A DNA stretch of 64,000 nucleotides, taken from positions 159,466,001-159,530,000 of the forward strand of contig CM059431.1 in assembly GCA_030390025.1 (NCBI GenBank), given 5' to 3'. A program made the translations under genes and the position numbers. The notes beneath the pieces are model-generated. The model was not told the origin of the DNA, did not search any database, and saw nothing but the letters and a program-made list of their open reading frames with translations. Origin of the DNA: Squalus acanthias (Eukaryota). Positions within the stretch are counted from its first letter, which is position 1. Every line of letters begins with the position of its first letter. Positions 25,680-36,472 of this stretch are shown here, in pieces.

Positions 25680-26320
25680 ACCAGCCACATAAATACTCTG
25701 CCTATAAGAGCTGGTCAGAGGCTGAGTATTCTGCGATGTGTACACACCTCCTTACTCCCCAAAGCCTTCCCAACAACTACAAGGCACCCGTCAGGAATGT
25801 AATGTAGCCTGAATAAGTGGAGCTCCAACAGCACTCAAGAAGCTCGACACCATCCTGGAAAAAAACAGCTCGCTTAATGGGCATCCCATGCACAACTTCC
25901 TCTTCCACTGGCGCCCCGTGGCTGCAGTGTGTACCATCTGCAAGATACACTGCAACAACTCGCCAAGTCTTCTGCGACAGCACCTCCTAAACCCACGACC
26001 TCAACCACCTAGAAGGACAAGGGTAGCAAGCACATGGGAACACCATCACCTGCAATTTCCCTTCCACGTCATACACCATCCTGACTAGGAAATATAACAG
26101 CACTGTCACCATCCTGACTTGGAAGTATATCGCCATTCCTTCATCGTCGCTGGGTCAAAATCATGGAACTCCCTACCTAACAGCAGTGTGGGAGTACCTT
26201 CACCACTCGGACTGCAGCTGTTCAAGCAGGCGGCACAGCACCACCTTCTCAACGTCAATTAGGGATGTGTAACAAATGCTGGCCTTGCTAGCGACGCCCA
26301 CATCCTCTGAATGAATAAAA
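25680..26320 (+). mobile_element. 3' end of a different CR1/L2-group LINE
   Basis: Decayed coding for LLTPQSL.T.YKA.VR.VM...APTALKKLDTI; tail caattagggatgtgtaacaaatgctggccttgc. Confidence 0.65.
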
Positions 26321-28493
26321 ATACGTGGGAAAGAATAAGAGGTAGAAGTGGACCAGAGGTCCTTCACACTGAATTTTTGTTATTAGAACGGAAGCTTAAA
26401 CGATGGACTTCAAGTGTCATGTTTTGTCCAGGGAGATAGAGGACAGTAATGTAGGCTCATTGGAACAGAAGTAGGCCATTCAGCCATAGAGTCTGTTCAA
26501 ACATTGGATTACATCAAAGCGAATCAGTATCTTAACTGCACTTAACCGCCGTTGTTCCATAACCCGCAATACCCTTGCACAACATAACTCTGTCAATCTC
26601 AGTTTTTACATTTTCAAATGACCTTGTCTCAGAAGCTTTTTGAAGGAAAGAATTCCAAATTTCCACTACCTTTGTGAGAAGGTCTACTTTCTGACATTAC
26701 CCCTGAAAGGCTTACCTCTAACCTTACCATCTGGTTGTTGATTAATTCAGGATCATTACTTAGAACTAAATGTAAGATGGGTTGTTTTCTGGTTGGTTCA
26801 AGAATGTACTGTTACAGAAAACTATCCCTATAGTGGACTTCCCCACCAGAGGAAATAGTCTTTTCTATCTAACCTACCAAATCTGTAATCATTTTAAACA
26901 CCTCAAGTAAATTATCTCTGAATCGTCTACATTCAAGGAAATGGAAGCCGAGTCTACGCAACCTGTTCTCATAATTGCACCTTTTCAGCCCCGGCATTAT
27001 TCTGGTGAATCTGAATTGAACTTCCTCGAAGACAAACATATCCTTCCTGAAATGAGGCGCTTAGATATGAATGAAGTACTCCAGGAGGGGTCTAACCAGA
27101 GCTCTGAACAGCTGTAACATAAATTCCAACGCATTATATTACAGCTTCTTCAGGATAAAGGCAAACATTCCAATAGGCTTTTCAATTATTTTTCTGACCT
27201 GTTCACCAACTTTCAGTGATTTCTCTACTTAGGCCCCTAAATCTCTCTGCTCATCCACAGTTACATGTTTCTCACCTTTGAAAATACTCGAATCTATCTA
27301 TTTTAGGTCCAAAGTAGATGAACTCACACTTTCCCACATTGAACTGCAACTGCCAAAATTTTGCTCACTAACTTAATCTATCAATGCAACTTTCTGCTCC
27401 GATCTAAACGATTTGCTTGTGCCAATTAACATAGTGTCGTCAGCAAACTTAGATATTCGGCTCTCTGTTTCTTCATGCATGTAAATTATAAATATAGTGA
27501 AAAGCTGCTCCCACAGTACAGATGCCAGACGTAAAACGCAGGTCATATTCTGACAATTTGAGGACATACTCATTACCCCTACTCTCTGCTCCCCTACCTC
27601 CTAACCAATTCCTTATTCAAGCCAAAAGGTTGGCTCCAATTCCATGTAATCTCTTTTTAGTTACAGTTGAAAATTATCGAATTACTTCTGAAAGACCGTA
27701 AAATGACATCCATTATCACTCCCTTATATGCCACTTTATTTAACGCCTCAACATTTTGCACTGGGTTCGTTATAAATGACTTACCCCTTACAAAGCCATG
27801 CAGGCTTTCTCTGATCACCTCATATTTGTCCAAATGCTCAGCCACTCTTTCCGCAACAACAGATACAAGTAATTTCCGCACAGCTGACATTAGATTAATA
27901 AGCCTATAATTTCCCAATTTATCTCTCCTACCCTTCGTAATTAATGCAGAGACTTTGGCACTTTTGCAATCCAAGAGGACAATTCCTGAATCGGGAGAAT
28001 TCTGTAAGCTATACTGACGCATTTCCTCACATGCTACTTTTAATACCCAGGGGTGAAAGCTATCGTGTCTGAAGATTTGTTTATTGTTAATCATATTCGT
28101 TTCTCCATCACTGTGTTTTGAAGTATATTGAATCTAGTTAGTTGCTCTCCTTGATTGATTTTTAGTTTTCCTTGTATCTCTGGTACTTGTGGGATGGGAC
28201 AGAGTATCCTGGGAGTTAATGTGCATATGTCACTGAAGGTGGCAGGACATATTGTGAGAGTGGTTAGCAAAGCATATGTCATCTGGTGCTTCATAGATAG
28301 AGGTATTGAGTATAAAAGTAGAGAAGATATGCTGAACCTTTATAAAGCGCAGGTTAGGCCACAAATGGAGTATTGCGTCCAGTTCTGGTCACCAGACTTT
28401 AGGAAGGATGTGAATTTCCTTGACACGGTGCAGAGGAGATTTACCAGAATGGTTCCGGGGATGGAGGATTTAAGCTACAAGGGCAGGTTGGAG

Positions 28494-31400
28494 ATCCTGG
28501 AGAGGCATAGAGTAACACCTCTTTTGTATGTAGCACCTTTTTAGTTGATTAAAGCTTACTTTAAGTTCACCACGCGTAAGGCTCATTCTTACGACAATTT
28601 AATCAACTTTGAAAAACTTCGCACTCAAACTTTTTGGACGAACTCGGAACTAAGGATCCAGGGAATCACCCATCATGGAAAACATCCTTAAACCATCGCG
28701 TCTTGACTTGGACCCAAACACCCCAGCAGCCGGTAAGGTGTGGAAACACTGGTATCGCACGTTTGACAATTTTCTCGAATATTGCAAGGTTGATGATGAC
28801 TCAAAATTGCGGATACTCATCAACTGTGTCACCCCGAATGTATTTCAGTATGTCGAGGAATGGGGCAGTTACGAGGAGGCAATTCGGACGCTTAAAAGAC
28901 TATATACTAAGACACCGAATGAGGTCTAGGCCAGACATCTACTAGCTACAGCCCAACAAGGGCCGGAGGAATCCATTGATAAATTCCTCCAAGAGCTTCG
29001 CAGACTTAGTATGGACTGTAACTTTCAGGCGGCCTCAGCTGAGCTGTACCGTGAAGAAATGATCCGTGATGCTTTCATCTGCGGGCTTGCCTCCCCATTT
29101 ATACGCAAGCGTCAACTGGAAAGTAAGACACTTGAGCTTCAGAGAGCTTATGACATGGCTTGCTCTCTAGATCTGGCAAAAAGAAATGCAAACCTTTATA
29201 CAGTGCCCAGGCCTCGGTCTGCTGCCTTAACTACAGTCAGGCAATTTAAGAGGCCACAGGTGAACTCTATTAGGGAGGACTTTATCCCTGACGATCAATC
29301 TGATGACTTCACTGATGAAGAGGATGATGACCCCACTGTGGCAGCCTCTTGGCAATCTAAGAAATGCTTCTTTTGTGGTGATGAGTTTCACCCTCGGAAA
29401 TTCTGCCCTGCTCGCAATGCGTTTTGCAGTCATTGCAACAAAAAGGGTCATTTTGCAAAGGTTTGCCTATCAAGAGCCTCTACGAGGGCTTATCAAGCTA
29501 AGTCCTACCGAACTGCCCCGGTAAGGGCCTATCAAGATGTTCCAGCTAAAATCTATCGTGCTTCCTCTCGGGTTTTCTCTCGAAGAAACACACCTAGAGT
29601 TTCAGCCACTCTTTGTGCAACGACACCAATTACAGCTGCTTGTCCTCAGAACCTATTCCATGCAGCTACAAAAGCATCAATTAATGGACATACTTTAGAT
29701 GCCTTAATTGACTCAGGTAGCACTGATAGTTTCATTATGGAACAGATTGTTGCAGAGTTAAAGCTACATGTTTTCCCATCGGACCAGGCAATTGCGATGG
29801 CTCAGTCATCACTTAATACCAGAATTTCTGGCTTTTGTATGGTTGAAATAACACTTAATGGTCACAGGTATCCCTCCACCCGGCTTTCGGTGCTCAAGGA
29901 CTTATGTAGTGATCTTATCTTAGGGCTAGATTTTCAAAAGCAGCATAAGAAGCTCACCATTGAGTTCGGCGGATCCAAACCTGAACTCACTATTTCTAAT
30001 ATACGACCTCGATTACCGTTCTGTGCATTGTCAGCAGCTTCACTGGATGAACCCACACTGTTTACCAGTATCCCTCCTCGATGCAAACCGATTATAACAA
30101 AGTCACGACGTTTCAGTCAGGAAGACCAGTCTTTTATTGCGGCTGAGATTTCTCGGCTTTTAGCAGAGGATATCATCGAGCCTTGTTCGTCGCCATGGCA
30201 CGCCCAGGTCGTTATTGTTAAGAACCCTCTACAACCTCACAAGAAACGGCTGTGCATTGACTATTCACAGACCATCAATCAATATACGGACTTGGACGCA
30301 TACCCATTGCCGCGCATCGATGATATGGTTAATAAACTGGCTGAGTACACGGTGTTCTCAACATATGATCTGAAAAGTGCCTATCATCAGGTACCCTTGA
30401 AGGTCTCAGACAAGCAGTATACGGCCTTTGAAGCCAATGGACGGCTGTATCAATTTCGTCGCCTCCCCTTTGGGGTCACTAATGGAGTGGCTGTCTTCCA
30501 GCGAGCAATGGATGACCTGGTCAAACAGGAAGACTTAAAGGATACGTTTCCTTATCTGGACAATATTACTGTCGCAGGTCGCAATCAGCGGGAACATGAC
30601 GCCAATCTCCAACGATTTTGGGATGCACTCCAGCACCGTAATTTGACATTAAATGCGGCTAAATCCATTGAGTCACAACCAACCATCAACATCCTTGGCT
30701 ATTGTGTGGGCAATGGCATTATTAAACCTGACCCTGAAAGGCTTCGCCCACTCCAAGAACTCCCGCCACCTTAGAATCCGGCCTCCTTGCGCCGGGCCCT
30801 CGGCCTGTTTGCATACTATGCTAAATGGATTCCTAACTTCTCGGACCGAATCCAACCTCTACTGAAGGCCAGCACATTCCCACTAGACACAGCGGCTGTT
30901 GCAGCCTTTACCCTCCTGAAAAAACAGTTGGACAAAGCGGCTCTTCACTCCATCGATGAGAGTCTTCCTTTTGTTGTTGAGTGTGATGCCTCGGAGGTGA
31001 ATCAGGAAGGTCGTCCGGTGGCATTTTTGTCCAGGACTTTTCAAGGGGCTGAGCTACATTATCCTCCAGTCGAGAAAGAAGCTACAGCCATCATAGAGGC
31101 AGTACGGAAGTGGACTCATCTCCTAGCTCGCCAGCACTTTACCTTAATCACGGACCAGCGATCGGTCGCCTTCATGCTCGATAATCGAAAACGGACCAAA
31201 ATTAAAAATAATAAAATCCAGCTTTGGCGGCTGGAATTGGCCTCTTTTGGTTACACCATCCACTATCGACCTGGCAAGGAGAATGTGGCTCCGGATACCC
31301 TCACACGAGCATTCTGCTCCGCCATGGCACCCTCTACGCTCGTAGACATCCATGATGGGTTGTGTCATCCGGGCGTTACTCGCATGCTACACTTCGTGCG

Positions 31401-32493
31401 GTCCCGAAATCTCCCATTCTCTACCGGGGATGTAAAGAAGATGTGCTCGGACTGCAGAGTCTGTGCGGAATTGAAACCTCAGTTTTTCCGCCCCTCGGGT
31501 GGTATACTCAAACATGCGACCCAGCCAATGCAACGGCTTAGCATCGATTTTAAGGGGCCGTTGCCCTCTTCAACTCGCAACACTTATCTATTGACCATGG
31601 TCGATGAGTATTCCCGTTTTCCGTTTGCCTTTCCCTGCCCCAATATGCTGACGACCACGGTTATCAGCTGCCTTGAGCAGGTATTTGCTTTCTGTGGCAT
31701 GGCATCCTATGTTCATTCGGATCGGGGCCCTTCTTTTATGTCAGGAGAACTCAAGGCCTATCTCTCGGAACGGGGTATTGCTGCCAGCAGAACGACGCCT
31801 TATCATCCGGTCGGGAATGGGCAAGTCGAGCGTTTTAACGCTATCATCTGAAATGCGGTACATCTGGCTTTGAGATCTCGGGGCCTACCCAACCAGCAAT
31901 GGGAAGCAGTACTTCCAGACGCATTACACTCCACACGGTCCCTCCTTTCGACCGCCACAAATACGACGCCTCATGAACGGATCTTCCGATTTCAGCGTCG
32001 CTCATCCTATGGGATATCTCTCCCGTCGTGGCTGACTGCACCGGGACCAGTGCTACTCCGAAGATATGTTCGGGCGTCTAAGAATGACCCCCTGGTAGAT
32101 GAGGTTGAGCTCACTGACGTCAACCCTACCTACGCCTATATTCGGTATCCTGACGGTCGGGAATCTACCGTGTCATTGCGGGATCTGGCTCCCTGCCCGC
32201 CGAAACATAGAGGGACACCAGGGGATGATCTTGTACCAGGCACATCTCTGGGCTCGCCAGGTGCCTCTCATCACGATCTGGATCTGACGCTGGCTGGTAC
32301 CTCACTCCAGCGTGCCGACCTGGGGCAGACTGACTATGAGCTCGTCGGGGCTCGCACGCGCAGCCACGATCCACCCCGTACCATACGCTCGGAAACGGAT
32401 CTGCCACAGCCCTGCCCGACACCCGTTCGGGCACCAGTACACAGTCAGGATCATCCTGACCCCTCACAGAGCGGGCTGGATCACTCGGACTCT
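28494..32493 (+). mobile_element. Ty3/Gypsy LTR retrotransposon: partial 5' LTR plus internal region, no 3' LTR
   Basis: Domain order gag-PR-RT-RH-IN; putative LTR end ...ttacgaca at 28596. Confidence 0.93.
28675..32490 (+). pseudogene. gag-pol: Single-frame Gag-Pol with three premature stops (~28927, ~30772, ~31849)
   Basis: ORFs at 28675, 29011, 30787 and 31870 share one frame; CSHCNKKGHFAKVC zinc knuckle, DSGS protease, LPFG and YLDN RT, CDAS RNase H, HDGLCH..CRVC and SIDF/HSDRG/QVERFN integrase. Confidence 0.93.
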
Positions 32494-32887
32494 AAGCTGC
32501 ATTTGTTTTCATTGGAGCAAAGGAGGTTGAGGGGTGATTCGATAGAGGTGGACAAGATTATGACGGGTTAGGATAGGTTAGATCGGGAAAGGCTTTTCCC
32601 AGTAGTTGATGATAAAAAGAGTAGGGGGTCACACATTTAAGATTTTTGCAAGGGATACAGGGGGGACGTGAGGGAAAAAAATGTTATGCAGCGTGTGGTG
32701 ATGTCCTGGAATTCGCTGCCAACGGAAGTGGTGGAAGCGGAGACACTCAATGTTTTCAAAGCAGACTGGATAGTCACTTGAGGGAAATAACTTGCAGGGC
32801 TACGAGGATAGAGCGGGGGAATTAGACTGACTGGATTGCTCTACAGAGCGCTGGCATGGACTCGATGGGCCGAATGGCCTCCTTCTG

Positions 32888-34143
32888 TGTAGGCTTTGCA
32901 AAATCCCCCAGAAACACGAACAGAGCCCTAAAGATAGTGACTTTTGGACCTTTCATACAAACTTCGGATGATGGGACCCAAGTGAAGTGATTTGATGTAA
33001 AAACCTCAGTTTTGGAAAGATCAGGGAAGAAAAACCCTGAGGAAACTGACTTTTGAATCTTACTGTTGGGAGAGACACCTTCCACAGACAAAAGACACGC
33101 TGTGGAGGGGCGTGGTCAGGCAGTGAACAGATGTGGTTATTGGGGCCCAATCAAGCTGTCTGAGAATTGTTTACACTGCAAATCCTACCAAGGTGGAGAG
33201 ACAAAGCAAAAACTCACACACACATCGAAATATGAATAATCCAATAACCCCTTTTCAAATTCCCAGGCCCAAACAGTATACCAGAAGCCTGAAATCAATA
33301 AAATACTAAGTACTTCATCAAAAACCAATCAACCAGGTATCCACAGAACAGATTTAAAAGCCCGCCAAAAGACCTAGGACAATAGGGTTGAGATTTGGCG
33401 CGTAGATAAAGCTGTGTTTAAATCGGAAAACGATCAAGTCTTGTTTAACACTGAGCTGAAGCCATCGGAACTGGCAAGCCCGCCAAAACTAGACAATGGA
33501 CTAGCAAAGGTTCATTTGCAACCTAAAGGAATCCGTTTTAGTAAGGGGTTTTTTGGGCGCGAAAAAGAAACAGTATAATTGAAAGCCTGTCCCATAACGT
33601 CTCTCTCTTTCGGACTCGCTGACTACGCTGACACAGCTCACTCCCTGCTCCAACAAAAACCACCACAAGCCACGAGGAGGAAGGCCAGAAAACAGACCAG
33701 CACGCAAGAAGAAACCAGAGCGTCTGCCTCAGTGACCAACGGATACCTCGCAGCAACAAGAGCCTTACAGAGTCTTTTAAACAAAAGACTCTAAAATCCT
33801 GTCAAGGATTCATCGGTGAGCATTATCCCTGATTTCCTGAAACCAAAAACCTAGCTAGATAGTGGGATCTTTGGAAGGGATAAGGTTTTGTTTGATATAT
33901 TGTCACTTTCCCTCGCTTGTACCATGTGGTCCCCAATCTGTGTTTAAGTAATAAGTGTGTTTCAAGTTTGTTACCTTTTTCTTTTAATACAGTAAAATTC
34001 TTTCATTAGAACCTGTCACCTACTGCAATTTTGTACACAACCCCTAAATACGTCCAAAGTCTAGGAACCAGAGGGGAGTGGTAGCGATTCGAACCACTCA
34101 CTGAGTCAGAAAGCGAAGGCTGACCCCCTTATTGCCCCCTACA
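32888..34143 (+). mobile_element. 5' LTR (1256 bp) of a second LTR retroelement
   Basis: TGTAGG...CCTACA terminal inverted repeat; begins within a CR1 tail; followed 4 nt later by a PBS. Confidence 0.85.
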
Positions 34144-34147
34144 TAAA

Positions 34148-34165
34148 TGGCGACCGCGGCAGGAC
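34148..34165 (+). promoter_or_regulatory. Primer-binding site complementary to the tRNA-Arg(TCG) 3' end
   Basis: tggcgaccgcggcaggac is the reverse complement of ...GTCCTGCCGCGGTCGCCA, the vertebrate tRNA-Arg-TCG 3' end as I recall it. Confidence 0.85.
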
Positions 34166-34218
34166 TTTGGCGAAAGGGTTGTGAAGCAGTAAATGCTGGT
34201 TTTGAGGAGAGAACAAAA

Positions 34219-35971
34219 ATGGAAGAGAGGATGTCATCCTATGTATATAAAAAAGTAAATATCACCAAAAAATGGGTCCTCAGGCTGTTGCATGCTGAAC
34301 GTCCTATGGACGCTGCAGCTGCATGGACTGCGAGCAAGGAATACAATAAGTCTGTGGAGAAAGCCATATGGTTGGTCTTCTCCCAGAAACAAATGCAGCT
34401 TATGGGGAAGCGCATTCAGGCTCTCACAGAAGAGCTAAAGGAAGAAAGCCAACTGTCCCGTGCCAGAGCTATAGCAGGGGACAGTTTGTTGGCAGAGCTC
34501 GGCACAAAATATCAGGAACAGTCACAGATGCTGGAGGAACACCGTGCCAGTAAGGGATACCTCCAGTGTCAGGCCACCGAAGCCAAAAGTAGTGAACTGG
34601 CATTGCGGGAAGAGAACACCCGCCTTGCCAAGCAATTAAGGGAACTCACAGAGAAGTTAAACGATGTTCAGGCAGCCTACAGAGTAGCCAGTACAAGGGA
34701 GTTTGAGGTAGGGGACCACGGCCCCTGTCAGAAGCAGATTGAGAGTCTGAACCTTGCTCTGTCCAAGACAAAAGGCATGCTGTGCCTGATAAGCTCGGGT
34801 GCGATCCAGGTAGACCTGGAAGAGCAGGGGGAGACTGTTAGACCATCACCTGTGGCGCCAAGGAGAAGCTTGGTTAGGCAGCAGGAGCGGCAGACAATCT
34901 GTGAGGCTGACAGGGAGTGCACACCAGCACCTGTGGCGCCGAGTTTTGACTCGGTCTGGCAGCAGGGAGAGGGGGGCAAACCGATGCAGGAGAAGTCGGA
35001 GCCAGGGCCAATGTGCCCAGCACGACAGCAAAAATTCGGCCCGCCCGCCGGTGGTGGAGGTCAGGGACCCCTTGAAAGTCAATTCTTGGCTCCCCACGGT
35101 ACACAACAGCTTAGGGCTATGGTAAGCCACCTGAGTAAACTTACCCAAAAGGAAGACCCCTCAGTCCACTTCATGGAGGTGGAGCAGGAGGCAGGCATCA
35201 ACGATTGTGACGATGCCGAAATGGCAAAAATGCTCCTGTTCTCATTAGATGGCAAACTTGTACCAGTCCCTCTCTACTGAGAGCAAGAGAGGACAGAACG
35301 GGTATGCGGCCGTCAGAGAGGATGTTTTAGAGACCATGGGAATGAATGAGGGAAGTCCTTTCTCCCGCGTGGAGAAAACAGTGCAGTTCGCAGGGGAGAC
35401 CCCACAGGCTTTCGCAGACAGGCTATGGCCGGTGTACAGGGGTGCTTGTAATGGGGCTCTCGACAGGGCTAACCTGAACAGGGACGAGCTGGCCCACTGG
35501 CTCCGTAGACTAGTGGCAAACAGCTTGCCACGTGTCAAAGCCAAGGCTGAGCTTTGGTTTGACCCAAGAGATCCCCGGGTCACCGAGGAGGCAGTGGTCA
35601 GGCAACTGACCCTAGCCTACCAGAACTGTAGGGGAGCTGAAGACACCCCAGCGAAAAGGAAGGTGCATGAGATAAAGCCCAGTCAGGATAAGAAGGAGTG
35701 GCACCAGGAAGGTGGTAAACCTTCTGACACGAAGCGTAGCTGCTTCGGGTGCGGGAAGACTGGGCACTGGAGAAAGGACTGTTGGAATCCCTGGAAGGAT
35801 AGCCTAGCAAATAAGTCCCCAACTCCTGCCCCAAAAGTAGAGGCACCGACCACTTCCCCCACACTGGACACAATAGTAGCGGCCGTCAGAGTCCTGTTTG
35901 ATGGCCCAGGGAAGGTGGCTACAGCCACTGGCGCTCTAATCCCATCTGCCCCACCCAACCCACAGGTATGA
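34219..35971 (+). pseudogene. gag: Gag (coiled coil, capsid-like region, CCHC knuckle), one frameshift near 35260
   Basis: ORFs 34147-35280 and 35249-35971; QFAGETPQAFADRL (major-homology-like) and CFGCGKTGHWRKDC. Confidence 0.85.
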
Positions 35972-36172
35972 CTGGAGCGAGCACAGCCGGTCTACCTGTG
36001 TCCCGACGAGTATGATGCCTGGAAGAGACCGCATGTTAAGATGAAAGGTTTAAAAGGTAGAAGGGACCTATCTGTTAGAAACAGGAGCTTCGAGCACCCT
36101 CATTTATTCAGATAACCCAGCCACTTCACCTCTGTCTAACGGGGTCCCGTACAGCCTAGTGGGATTCACAGG
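35972..36172 (+). pseudogene. pro: Retropepsin-like protease N-terminus, frameshifted and truncated by CR1
   Basis: RPHVKM then GTYLLETGASSTLI...SLVGFTG (the DTGA motif reads ETGA). Confidence 0.75.
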
Positions 36173-36209
36173 AGAGCGGCGGCGGACATGCGGGGAACCG
36201 TGCGGCTGC

Positions 36210-36472
36210 GGCGAGGTTAAAGAGGTGGCAGATTCAGGTAGGCCTCAGAGCGGCGGCGGACCTGCGGGGTACCAGGCGGCGGTGGCGAGTTTCAAGAGGC
36301 GGCTGAGACCGGGTAGGCCTCAGGGCGGCGCCGGACCTGCGGGGAACCAGGCGGCGGCGGCGATGTTGAAGAGGCGGCAGAGACCTGGTAGGCCTCAGAG
36401 CGGTGGTGGACCTGCGGGGAACCAGGCGGCGGCGGCGGCGAGGTTAAATAGGCGGCAGAGACCAGGTAGGCA
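36210..36472 (+). repeat. About 4 tandem ~62-65 bp GC-rich units in the CR1 5' UTR
   Basis: ggtaggcctcagagcggcggcggacctgcgggg(a/t)accaggcggcgg repeated at ~36237, 36312 and 36387, with a partial unit at 36465. Confidence 0.9.

Larger units (their letters stand above)
26258..32887 (+). repeat. Segmental duplication, partial copy C (interrupted by the Gypsy element)
   Basis: 26258-28493 matches 11574-13806; resumes at 32494 with the continuation of the same plus-strand CR1. Confidence 0.9.
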
